In this document: positions 26,341 to 38,815 of the stretch, piece by piece
How positions within the stretch are numbered: position 1 is the stretch's first letter
How the letters are laid out: every line of letters starts with the position of its first letter
Assembly: GCF_004010195.1 (NCBI RefSeq)
Contig: NC_057718.1
Location: 18,251,689-18,315,688, forward strand
Origin: Chiloscyllium plagiosum
Taxonomy: Eukaryota
Direction of reading: 5' to 3'
DNA: 64,000 nt
Made by a program: the position numbers and the translations under genes
Notes under the pieces: generated by a model
Told to the model about the DNA's origin: nothing
The model's database searches: none
Seen by the model: the letters and a program-made list of their open reading frames with translations, nothing else

Positions 26341-26834
26341 TGGTTTCCTTTAAGATATCCTAAATGTTTTAAAGCTGTTTTTCCTAACATGCTGAATTTA
26401 AAGCATGATGGTTTTGGAGAAGGAGAAGGATAGGGGAAAGGGTTGAAAACTGCAGATCTCGCAAGGACTGACCAAAGTCTTGGAAACACAACATGATGGC
26501 TTTGAATATGACCCATTTTTTTTGGAGTTTGCTATCCAATATAGTTGGTGGGTCTGTGAATAAAGCCGATAAATTATTATTAAAACAACTGTCCAATTCA
26601 GATTCTGTACATTGGATTCAGAGCAGTAGAGCATCACCTCATGAATCCCGGTTGAAGTAACAAATTTGAAATTAGTGAGCCTTAAGAAGGATGAAATCAG
26701 GCCACTAACATGTGGACCCACCTTTGTCACGGATGATAAACAAGTAGATATCCAAACTCATCACATGAATTGTAATCAATACTTTGAAGTTTAGAGACCT
26801 TTGCCAAACTCAATTTAAAAGGATGCCATAAATC

Positions 26835-27490
26835 TCAAAAAGCTAGCATACAAGTCCAACAGGTAACTGGGAGGGCAAATAGCCTTTATTTCAGAGACGA
26901 GAACATAAAAAGAAGGAAGTCTCACTGAAAGTATACAAAACACGAGTCAGACAATGCTGGAATATTGTGGACAGTTTAGTCTCCTTATCTAAGGAAAGGT
27001 ATGCCGGCGTTGGAGGCTGTTCAGAGAAGGTGCACTCAGCTGATCCCAGAAATAAACGTACTGTCTTATGAGGAGTGCTTGAGTAGGTTGGGCCTGTATT
27101 CATTTGAGTTTAGAAGAATGAGAGGTGACATTATTGATACAAACAAAATTCTTAGAGGACTTGACAGGGCAGATGTTTGCCACTTGTGGGAGAGTTTGTG
27201 ACTAGAGGGTCTCGTCAGAATCAGGGCCTTTTAAGACAGAGATGAGGAGGGATTTCTTCTCTCAGAGAGTAGAAAGTTAACTTGTGAAATTCTTTACTGC
27301 AGAGGGCTGTTGAGACTGGGTCATTAAGTATATTCGAGGCTGAGATAGACAGGTTTTTAATTAGTAAGAGAATCAATGGTTATGGGGATAACACAGGGCA
27401 TTGGAGTTGAGGATTATCAGATTAGCAGTGATCTCAATGAATGGCAGAGCAGATTTGGTGGGCAGAATGGTTTACTTCTGCTCCTTTGTC
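26835..27490 (+). mobile_element. Old CR1 3' fragment
   Basis: ALEAVQRRCTQLIP..LSYEECLSRLGLYSFEFRRMRGDIIDTNKILRGLDR. Confidence 0.88.
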
Positions 27491-29606
27491 TTTCGGTCAG
27501 CGTTATGATCCAAAGGGTTGCCGTGGGGGTGGATGCAAGGAAAATAATGCTCATTTATTTCTGCTTGATTTTAGCCAGCAGCTGTGGGCTTGCTTTCAAC
27601 AATGTTTCACAAAAGGAGTGTTGAGTAAAATCCGGATGTGGTTCCTGATGGCAAACCGTGAGATTAGTGCAGGCAACCTCTTGGCAGTGTTTTGGGTTCA
27701 GCAGCCTGTATTTGTGCTGGCCAAACTAATGGCCAGCATTTTCAATGTCCTCCCTCACAATTCCTCAGTGGAGCAGAATGCAGTTCCAAAGAGATTCTTG
27801 GCACATATCTTGTTTGTATTCAGTAGCGAATGAGTGACCCTTCAGCCAATTCCTGCAGCTTTTTACATTTCTCTGAATGCTGGCTTTATCTTTTGCAGTT
27901 TTGTGACTTGCTACTGTAGATAGAGCTGTCTTAATTACTAAAGACAATGTTAACTGCCATCCAAATACAGATGGAAGTTGCCTGTGATGTGATCAAATTG
28001 AATGGCTGGAGGATAAAGATAACATTTTTTTTGACGAGTGAAATCGAACTAAGAAGGTCAGAGTGAATAAAAGGGGTTCCTTTAAGCTCCAGTGTGAGGC
28101 AGAGACAGAAGGTCAGTGCTTGAGGAAACTATGGCTCAGAAAAAGTGTTAGCCAAGTATGGAACTCTATCAGAAACCAGGGTGGAAGCAGGATTAATCAG
28201 AGCTTTTAAATGGGATGTGGGCAAACATTTGAAAAGTAATATGTATTAAAATGCCAAAGTCTATTTGAAAATGGCAGTGGAATGAGATTATCAGAGTGTA
28301 TCTTTAAGAGGGCACTTTTTGCACTGTTTATTTTATGTGATCCATTTGGTGCACCTTCTTTATTGTGACTCTGAACCCCACAGAGGGCTTGCTTTTGAGA
28401 TAGTTTCTGTGTTAAGGGTAGTGTGATCAGAGGTTGAGCTCTCCCTTTCAAGAGGTCCTATACAAGAGAAAATGTGTGCTGCAGATCTACCAGCCTTCAG
28501 GTAGAAGTGAATACTGGTGTATTGTATTCCACGCTGTGCTACAGTACAAAGCCAAATATGTAATAGATGTTGTAAAAGAGGCTACTTGCTATGAATATCA
28601 GCAAACTGTTCCACTAACCTTCCTTCAAACATGCAGAGGACTCTGACCACAATTGGAAAGACCCTCTGAGTGATAGTCAGATACTTAGAGCAGGTTTTCT
28701 CCTGGATATTTCCATTGAACAGAAATAACATGTCTTTGGCCTTTGGCAGAGCAGTGGGCAAGCCCTGTGCCTTGGTGACATCCTTGTGGGTGTCTATCAT
28801 GTCACATCTTCTAACCTTGAGAGCCATAGTTTTAAAAAAATTGTGTTAGTGAAAAGTTGTATTAATAGCATTCATAATGCAAGTCAAGTCTTATATGCGT
28901 GAGACAATTTCTGTCCCTATTCTTTACAGACCAGTACATTGGTAGTTCACGAGGTTAAGAAACATGTATTTATGGAATGCATGAAATCACTCAACAACAT
29001 CCAACACTAATTGACTTGCACGCATGAATTATTTAACCATGCACTCTCTCTGATTCCCAAAATTATCACGTGTATTTGTCCATGGTCCTTAAGGATTTGT
29101 GTCCCTCTCATTAGTGTGTTTTCTGTGCTCCAGGAAACAGTGGAGGGCATTCCTATGAAGGAGGGTGACTTGGTAGTAATTGTTTATCTCTGGTCTCCCC
29201 CCTACCAAGGAATGTAGAGAGCTGTATGATGAGGTCCCGTGCAACACTTCTACCAACAGTTCAGAATTGGCTCTCATCCCGTTATGTGCCTTTCTGATGG
29301 ATGCACTAAATGATGTATTGACTTTCTAATAAAGATGAATTACTTCATTTATCTTTATATCACAGCACATGCAGTGAAAACCTCAATGGGAACATTCCCC
29401 TCCTGCCTTCATAATTAATGTGAGTTAATTAATTATGCATACTGATTCTAAGAAACTGACAGTGAAGGCATGGATGTGCTGACCGTCTGAAAGATCACAA
29501 CACAACATTCTTGGGGAGGTGATAGCCTGATGTGTGCTTGGAATGGGGGTGGTGCGGGGTGGGTGGGGGGTGGTGAGGAGGTGGTGGTGGGGGGATGAGC
29601 ACATGA

Positions 29607-30235
29607 TGTGACGATACAATGGCTTTAAGAGATGTGTGTTGTCCTGGTTTTTTTTTTGACAGGAGGTTTTGAGGCAGAAATGATGGGCTGTCTCTTCTAA
29701 GCCAATAAAGTAAGCAGCTTGAGAGACTTTGAAAAGCTGGAGCAACAGAAGCAGCCTGAATGGCTGGAGTCAGGCTCCCACAGAACCAGGAATTTAGTTT
29801 AGCCTTCAGTTGTTGGTGTTTTGAAGCTAGTTGTGGAAGCTGCTACATATTTGTCTCAGCCACAGCCAAAACACCAGAACACTCTCTCTGCAGGATTTTC
29901 TCTTTGTGTTCTTTTCTCTTGGGCTGGAGACAATCTATTTTACTGAATTTGCCTTTGCCAAGGGTATGTTCAGGGGATGTGACTATATTGGAACTGTTTA
30001 GAAATTAAATAATCTATTAGCCTGTTAAGTTTTCCAATAGAGTTAAAGTTGTACTAATTCTTCTTTCTTTTGTTTGTATTTTAACTGGGTATAAGAATGA
30101 ATTGTGTTTTACTTAAAGCCAACTAATGTGACTAATCAAATTACACTTGGAACACAGAAGCCTTTAACTAAGATAAAAGTTAGAGTTTGGGCTGTTTCCC
30201 TGATATTTGAAGAGCGTCAGGTCTGGTCCATAACA
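29607..30235 (+). mobile_element. Solo LTR (629 bp)
   Basis: TGTGAC...ATAACA termini and 4-bp TSD ATGA/ATGG; 3' end GTCTGGTCCATAACA resembles the TCTGGCCTAGTCCATAACA end of the Gmr1-type LTRs in this window. Confidence 0.7.
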
Positions 30236-30464
30236 ATGGTAACTTCTGACACTCTGGGAGAGGCGTAGGTTGACGCAGCTCTGTTACTAACTTGACAGCC
30301 AGCTGGCCGCTTGTACAGTAGGGGTGTGAGTTCTGTAAAGGGCTCAAGAGCTTGGGGGTAAAATGTTATCCTGGATTGTGGATTGCATATCATGGACTTA
30401 AGATTTCATGAAAAACAGAAAACAGAATAAATAAATAAATAATAGAATGTTAATATCCAGCTAC

Positions 30465-30805
30465 AAGGATAAGGGGTAAGTCATTCAGGAAGATTAGGGG
30501 CCATAGGGTACAGCTGCAAGGAACACCAAAAGGGCCAGAAAAGAAATTTACAATTGGGCTGCAGAATTAGGAAGAATTTCTTCACCCAGAGAGTTGAGAA
30601 CCTGTGGAATTCTCTCCCACAGGAATCTGTTGGGACCAGTTTGTTAGATATATTCAAGAGGGAGTTGGACGTGGCCCTTGCTGCTAAAGGGACCAAGGGC
30701 TAAGGAGAGATACTGAGATTGCACGATCAATCATGATCACATTGAATGGTGGTGCAGGCTTCAAGGGCTGAATGGCCCACTCCTGCACCTATTTTCTATG
30801 TTCTT
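30465..30805 (+). mobile_element. CR1 3' tail carrying a short captured insert
   Basis: aggataaggggtaagtcattcagga...gaagaatttcttcacccagagagtt...gggctgaatggcccactcctgcacctattttctatgtt. Confidence 0.8.
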
Positions 30806-32501
30806 AAGTTCCAAAAAGTAATTGTGAAGGCCATTGGTATGATTTATTGCACATGCTTGCAAATATGTCTGTCCTGCTGCAATGATATAGGACTTTGGTG
30901 AGGCTGTACCTGGAGTACTATGTCATGACCATGGATCATAACCCCAGACCATCTCTGGATATATTGACCTTTCAATTGCACAAAGGTTTTAAAGATGACG
31001 AGATACAGCCATGAAGCATGTGTTGGTACATGCTTTCTTGTGGGAGAAATGTTCATTCTCTGTCACTAGTTCAGCATAAAATGTTTTTGGCAAGGCCAGC
31101 TTATGAACACCATGTTGCAAACCATTAGTTGATTGCCATCCATTAGCAGTTTCACATCTCATATCATCTCTTACCTTCTAAAGTGGTCAAGGAACTTGTC
31201 ATCAGCCCTCATTCTCATCCTCAATTTGAATGTATGGTCTCACCAAAAGACTAAAATCAGCATTCTCTATATTCATGGTGATAACATTGCGCAGTCCCTA
31301 AGTTTGCTGTTTGGTCTCAGTGCTATCATATATGGCTTAGCACCATTCAATAGTTCCAGCACTACAATGTTATTTCCCTATAGTTATCCAGCCTTATACC
31401 TGTGTAATTTTCAATTTCCTGTAATTTGCATTTGTAATCTTTTACATTATCTTTGCACTAATCGCTGTTGTTACTCTCTGTTGGGCAGGTTATTGCTCAT
31501 TTATTCTTAAATGCTTTGACTGCCACTGATGAAGTATGCATTTCTATTAACTAAAACTTCCTCTCATGCTTCCAACATTTGCTTTTGTGCCAATTTTCTT
31601 CTGAAACACGATCCCTGGCTGAGAGATACTGCAGCAGACATGAAAGCAGCGACCGGACGAGGTCAGTACTCCAACGATGATCCTTCCCTGAGAAGATATT
31701 AAGGGACACAGGGAAAGGCTGAGATTGGTAGATTCTCAATCAGTAAGGGAACTGAAGGGTTGCTGGAAAAATACAGGAAGATGGAAGCGAGGGACGTCAA
31801 CTCATGGGTAGGTTACTGTTCAGAGGGTTGGTGTGGACTTGTTGGGCCGAAGGGCCTGTTTCCACACTGTAGAGCTTCTATGAATCTAACTCAGCCATGA
31901 TCCTATTGAATGATGGAGGAGGCTCAAGGGGTTGAATGGCCTATTCTTGCTCTTATTTCTTATGGTCTTTTGGTGTTATGGGAAAAGGTATGAACTGAGA
32001 AAAGAGTGAAAGAGCCAGACACACCTAAAAAAAAGAGGTTAGTGCAGAGGATCTGTAAAAAAAAAAAGAAGGCTCCAGGAGGAAGGTTAAATATCCCAAA
32101 GAGAAAAGGGGTTAACGTCAGAAAAAAAGACCATAAAAGGAAGGCCACTGAAATAAGATATAAGATAATTCTTACATCTCACAACAAGTATTGCTTCTAA
32201 ATCACATTAGGGGCCATAGGGTACAGCTGCAAGGAACACCAAAAGGGCCAGAAAAGAAATTTACAATTGGGCTGCAGAATTAGGAGGGCCTTGGATTTTG
32301 GTGGCACAGTGGCTCAGTGGTTAGCACTGCTGCCTCACACCACCAGAGACCTGGTTCAATTCCTTTAATATCCAGCTACAGGGATAAGGGGTAAGTCATT
32401 CAGGAAGATTAGGGGCCATAGGGTACAGCTGCAAGGAACACCAAAAGGGCCAGAAAAGAAATTTACAATTGGGCTGCAGAATTAGGAGGGCCTTGGATTT
32501 T

Positions 32502-32797
32502 GGTGGCACAGTGGCTCAGTGGTTAGCACTGCTGCCTCACACCACCAGAGACCTGGGTTCAATTCCTACCTCAGGCAACTGTCTGTGTGGAGTTTGCACA
32601 TTCTCCCTGTGTCTGCGTGGGTTTCCTCCGCTTTCCTCCCACAGGTTAGGTGAATTGGCCATGCTAAATTGCCCGTCGTGTTAGGCGAAGGGGTAAAAGT
32701 AGGGGAATGGGTCTGGGTCGGTTGCTCTTCGGAGGGTCGGTGTGGACTTGTTGGGCCGAAGGACCTGTTTCCACACTGTCAGTAATCTAATCTAATC
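32502..32797 (+). mobile_element. HE1-type V-SINE, with its head duplicated at 32300-32363
   Basis: TGGCTCAGTGG, GGTTCAATTCC, V-domain and TAATCTAATCTAATC tail. Confidence 0.92.
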
Positions 32798-33459
32798 TTT
32801 ATTTAAGTTATAAATGAGAAAATATAAAGAAATCCAGTGGAAGAATCAGAAAATATGAATGAGTTTCTTAAAAAACAGGACTCAGAAATTAAGCTGCAAT
32901 GTTTATAGTAAGATTTATAAAGTCTGCAGCCGAATAATTTGAGATAAAAATTTGTGTCAAAGAAAGTGCTGGGTGTTGGTGATCATGAACAAAAGGTAAA
33001 CATCACCTTTACTTGGGAAGGAGTGTATAAACTTCACTTTGCCATAGAAGGTGGAGGAACCATGGAGAGGTGATTAGCCAGCATTTGATTGTTTGAAACT
33101 GTACGAAAATGCTGAAAAAGGTGGGATTCCCAATGAGCTGCTTATAGTTACAGTATTACAAAGAAACAAGTTTAAAAATCTTCAAAACAGTAAAGGACTA
33201 CAGATGAGTCTGGAGTATAACTTAAAGCTTTATTGAAAAGATCAGTACAGAACTACAGAAACACAGAATTGAAAAATCTAGCAAATAAAGGGAATATATT
33301 GCTACGAGAAAGTTTAAGAAGCACTGACATTCGATTTAAAACAGCATTGGTAAATATAAGAAAAGACATTGAAAGAACAGCAGATCTAAAGTAATATTTA
33401 AATGATGCAGATATAAAATGCCTTTACATTAATGAGACTAACCAGCTCATTGAAAAGAA

Positions 33460-35068
33460 ATGGAAGAGGATAGAGTACCTCCTGGCTGGTTCAAAGTCAG
33501 AGAAAGGCCATACAGAATGCAAGATTGGGCTTTATAAAGGCACTAGTTCTAAAGATAGCACCCCCCTAAACCTCTCCTATTTATGTACATAATACATTTT
33601 AAATATTGTAATTGTACCTGCCCATACCACCTCCTCTGGCAGCTCGTTCCATGAATGCACTACCCTCTGTGTGAAAAAACTACCCCTCAGTTCCCTTTCA
33701 CCTCATACCTCTATAAGGTCTGGTTTCAGACTCCCCTACTTTGGTGAAAATACTTTGACTTTCAGTTTATCTGTTCCTCTTATGATTTTATAAACTTCTA
33801 AACCAGGAGAGAAAGTTCCAGCCTGTCCAGCCCTACAACTCAAACCTTGCTAATCGTTTTTGCACCCTTTCCAGTTTTATAGCATCATTCCTATAGCAGG
33901 GCGACCAGAATTGTACATAGTACTCCAATGTCTTTTATAAAAGTTCAAAGGGATATGTGCCAAACACAGGTAAATGGGACTATTTCAGTTTAGGAACACC
34001 TGGTCAGCATGGATGAGTTGGGCCGAAGCGTCTTTTCCTGTGGTATACGCTGCTATGCTTCTATGACTGAATCTGAGCAAGCGAACAAACCATTTTATTC
34101 AGTTGGTCGATATATGGATGATGTGACTAACAGGCAAAATGTCAAAGAGAATTCAGATTATTTTGATGAGATAATTACTTCACAATAAGAACAAATACAT
34201 TGCTTGACAAAGCAGGATTATACAGAAGTGTTCAGCTTTCAGGAGATTCCATAGACAACTCCATTAATACCCTCTACAAGTAACTGTAAAACTGAATACA
34301 GAATTCATAAAAGATGGAATTGTTGTTGGAATTGTTAATGGAACTTTGTCAGGTTTCTGACAGTCCAAAAAAGATTTAACTTTGGAGAAAACTATTTAAA
34401 TTATAATGGAAGCAGACACCAAAAAGACTCAAAGACAGACCCTGAGAGGAGAAGAACAACACAACCTCAAGCTGTCAATAGATCTGTTCACTTGTTAAGG
34501 GATGGACACTCTAAAGAGGCATATGACAAGCCTACACATCAGACACATTTGGGCAGAAAAGAAACAGCACCAGTGCTACAGGATTACAATAAATCATGGG
34601 CTTAGACAATACCCAGCCATCATTAAGAAATGCTACATTTGTAAACCTGTCGGTCAATTCTTAAAGATGGGTAGAAGTAAGACTCAGTTTCAAAATGATA
34701 GAAAGTGGCCACAAAGGGAAAGTGATCTACACTGTAGAATGCCCAGCCTCATGAGAAGAGATTTGATGAGGTAGCTCCATTGGAGAAGGTATCTGAGGGA
34801 TCCTTGGGAGCCAGAAGAAACTGAACGTGTCTACATTGATGGACATCCTGTTGATTTTGTGTTTGATACAGGAACACATGTACTGTCCTATTAGACCAGT
34901 CACCATGGCTGAAGAAACAACAATTACAATCTACAGAGGTAAGACGTCATAGTACATCAGGAATACCTGCCAAAAGCACAGGAATACTGCAGGTTACACA
35001 ACAATACAATTCACATAAGAGATATGAAATGTATTCATTGTTCACAATCAGCAAATTTCACCTTTGAG
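33460..35068 (+). mobile_element. Decayed Gypsy-type gag-protease remnant (older element, no LTR seen)
   Basis: Stop-riddled translation gives QDWAL*RH*F*R, EFIKDGIVVGIVNGTLSGF*QSKKDLTLEKTI (gag), CYICKPVGQFLKMG (decayed CCHC) and VYIDGHPVDFVFDTG (aspartic protease, ~34829-34873). Confidence 0.8.
33555..34068. mobile_element. CR1 insertion with an inverted 5' segment (33555-33930 minus; 33943-34068 plus)
   Basis: Minus-strand CR1 body abuts a plus-strand CR1 tail ending CTATGCTTCTATGACT. Confidence 0.8.
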
Positions 35069-35185
35069 CTTCATAGAATCCCACCAGTATGGAAACAGGC
35101 CCTTCGGCCCAACAAGTCCACACAGACCCTCCAAGGAGTAACCCATACAGACCCATTCCTTACCCCTGACCAATGGGCAGTTTAC

Positions 35186-35818
35186 TGTCACAAAGCTAGT
35201 TCCTTTTTTCTAAAATCTGTTCCTTTTCTCAAGAATACTATGTCCTTTTTTTTCGAGGGGTAGTAAATGCTCCTGGTGCTGATTTGACTGGTTTGGTACA
35301 GAGATTAAAGGGTATTGAGAGACCTTTTTGTTTATATGTAAACAGATATGACTTCAGGCCAAAGTGGTCATGTTTTAGAAGTGACCTGTATAATGAAAGG
35401 GGTAGGCTCAGCTCTCTAGCTGAGCAGTTCAATTCAGTCCAGAACTAGTTGGGAGTTCAACAGTGAGTTGTGTGAAAACAGACTCTTTCTCTCTCTTCCT
35501 GCCCTTCTAACTTTAACCTGTAAGCATCTGTTCCTTTTTGTTACTGTGTTTTTAGGGGGTTTACTTATTGTATATATTCAAATCAGAATAATTAAGTCTA
35601 GTTTGGATAGACTGAGTTCTGTAGAGCTCTTTATTCTGCTCTTTGTGTTTCATTGTATAATTTTGTGAATAAATTTTTGTCTGTTTTAAAACCTAGTAGT
35701 CAACCTAGCTAGCTTACACCGGGTAATTTTCACTGTATACTTACTGAAACAAATTACAAAGTTATGGTCTGGGTTGCCTGCTAAGAATGCTTTGAGTGAT
35801 CTGGCCTAGTCCATAACA
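35186..35818 (+). repeat. 5' LTR
   Basis: TGTCAC...CCATAACA, with AATAAA at 35668; direct repeat of 43949-44551. Confidence 0.95.
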
Positions 35819-35821
35819 GAT

Positions 35822-35840
35822 TGGAGGCTCTTTGCGGGAT
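35822..35840 (+). other. Primer-binding site, degenerate tRNA-Pro type
   Basis: TGGAGGCTCTTTGCGGGAT lies 3 nt after the LTR and resembles the tRNA-Pro PBS TGGGGGCTCGTCCGGGAT. Confidence 0.7.
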
Positions 35841-38815
35841 TTTAAACAGCAAGTGGTAGGTGCTAATGTCTTTATTTCGGGTGTTGATTTGGATGGGTAG
35901 ACAAAGCTTGGGATGGTAATGGCTCTTTCAGTCGCCAAAAGTTTTCTGGAAGTGGATGCAGTGACTTTGGAAGTTTTGCAAAAAGTGAATAAGACCAAGC
36001 TGCAGGAGTTAGCAGAGAAGCTGTGGTTGGACCTGCCTGCTTCTGTGAGGAAAGGAGAGATAATTACAGCAGTAGCTCAGCACTTAAACTTGCCGGAGGA
36101 ACCATTAGAATTGATAGAGTTCAAGTGCAAATGAAGAAGCTTGAGTTAGAGGCGAAAGATAAGGAAAGGGCAGCAGAAATGAAACAGTTTGAGTTACAAT
36201 TAAAAGCAGAAGAGATAGAAAAAGAGAGAGCAGCAGAACAGAGAGAAAAGGAGAGAACAACAGAAGAGGGGGAAAAGAGGGGAAAGAAAAAGAGAGAGCC
36301 TTTGAACTTCAAAAACTGACACTTAAAAAAAAGGAAAGTCAGCTTAAAAGGCTGGAGATTAAGGCTGAGGGTAGGCTCAGTGAGGAAGAGATTGAGGAGG
36401 ATCAAGTCCCTGGTAGTCAGAAGCCTAGTGAGAAACTGTTTAAGTATGTTCAAGCATTGCCTAAATTTGATGAGAATTTGAAGCCTTTTTCATCTTATTT
36501 CAAAAGGTGGCTAAACAAATACAATGGCCAGTGGCAATGTGGGTTTTGTTAATCCAAACAAAACTTGTGGGAAGGGCTAGTGAGGTATTTGCGTCACTAT
36601 CAGAGGAGGTATCTGGGGGATATGAGGAGGTGAGAAAAGCCATTTTAAGTGCCTATGAGCTTGTACCAGAAGCCTATAGACAATGTTTCAGGAATCTAAG
36701 GAGGGACCTGGTCAAAACTACATTGAGTTTGAAAGGATCAAACACAGTAATTTCGATAGATGGATAAGTGCTTTAAAAATCAAGCAAACCTAAGATGCCC
36801 TTAGAGAGGTAATTATTTCAGAGGAATTAAAAAATTCATTGCCTGAAGTAGTGTGAACTCATATGGAAGAGCAGAGAGTTAAAACACCAAAGTCAGCAGC
36901 TGAAGGGGCTGATGATAGCTCAGCTTGAGCTGGTCCATAAAACCAGGTTTGTCTTCCAGAATCAATTTCAGTCCATCAGAGATAGAAACTGGGGCAAAGA
37001 AACATCCTCACGTGGAAAGGGAAAGGTAGATCTCAGTGAAGATCATAAGGATATTTTACCACAGGGTAAAAAAGAAACCCTTGAGGGGGACAAAGAAGTT
37101 AAAAAGCTCCAGTGTTTTCACGGTAATAAAGTGGGCTACATGAAATTTCAGTGTTGGTGGGCTAGAAGAAAGCCAGATGTAGGAAAACCAGACAAGCCTG
37201 AAAGTTTTGTTGGACTAGTAACAAAAAGCACAAGGGAAGTCAGACTCAGAGTGTACAAGATGATCAGAGGTCGATGAAGGAGGAAGTGCCAGATCTGCTT
37301 AAAAAAAATACATACAAGGGTCAAGTTTATTCACATAGGCTAGGAGTAGCAGGTAAAGAGGTTACGATATTAAGGGACACAGGATCCTCTCAGTCTGTAA
37401 TGCTGAAGGATGAGGAGATATGTACTCTTGAGGGACTATTGCCAGAGAAGATATTGGTAACAGGAATTAATGGTGAGACAAAAAGCACTCAATTACGTAA
37501 ATTGAGGCGAGAAAGTCCAGAGAAGAGTGGAGAATTTGTGGTAGGCGTACTGGACAAACTCTCAGCTCCGGAAATACAATTTGACCTTGCAAATGGTACA
37601 ACTGATTCCTTGGTAGGCGTGCTGCCTATTCTAGTAGAAAAGCCTGTGGAGATGCAGGCAACTGAAGACATGAAAGATGTTTATCCAGGAATGTTTCCTG
37701 ATTGTGTGATCACAAGATCACAGAAGCACAAGTTTAAGCAGGAGGGATCAAAAGGCACAAATACTGAAACTGATATAACTTTATCCAAGACTTTTTTTGA
37801 TCAGATAAGTGGGACAGAGCAGACCAAATAGGTAAATATGCAAGTATCTTTAGCTCTGCAAAGCTGATTGAATTACAACAGAAAGATGGGAACTTAAAAC
37901 AGTTATATCAAAAGGCATTTACAGAGAAGGAGAGTGAATGCATCCCTGTGTATTATTACTTAACAAATGATGTCTTAATGAGGTAATAGAGACCATCGCA
38001 TATTCAAGTGGATGAGAAATGGGCAGAGATTCATCAAATTGTTTTGCCAGGAGGGTATAGAAAAGAGGTGCTGCAAGTGGCTCATGACTTGCCACTTGGA
38101 GGTCATTTAGGAGTGAGAAAACACAAGCTGAAATACAAAGACATTTTTGCTGGCCTGGACTACACAAGGATGTAGTTGAATTTTGCCAGATGTGTCATAC
38201 ATGACAGCTAATCAGAAAACCACGGCAGTAATAAAGCTTGCACCTTTAATACCTAATCCAGCATTTGAGGAACCTTTCACAAGAGTCTTGATTAATTGTG
38301 TAGGTCCCCTACCTCAAACAAAAAGTGGGAATAAGTATTTATTAACAATAATGGATGTGTGAACTAGATTTTCAGAGGCAAACCCATTACACATCACATC
38401 TAAAAGGGTTGTTGAAGAATTACTTAAATTTTTAAACTCGATATGGATTGCCAATAGATATCCAGTCAGATCAAAGATCAAACTTCACATCCAAACATTT
38501 CAAAGACGTTATGGATAATTTGTGAATAAAGCAATTCAAATCTACAGTGTACCATCCAGAATTGCAGGGAGTCCTAGAGAGATGGCATCAAACACTAAAG
38601 CTCATGTTTGCAGGCTTATGGTCAGGGTTATCCAGATGATTGGGATAAGGGAGTTCCATTTGTACTTTTTGTGATCAGGGATGTACCAAATAAATCCACC
38701 AAATTCAGTCCATTTGAATTAATTTTGGGGCATGAAGTAAGAGGACCGTTAAAATTGATTAAGGAGGAAATAATACATCAGAATTCAGAGACCACCCAAA
38801 TGGACTATTTGTCAA

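Noticed and set aside
32508..32566. tRNA genes suggested by A/B boxes here and in similar copies
   Set aside because: They are SINE heads continuing into the V-domain and CR1-like tail; no full cloverleaf is evident.
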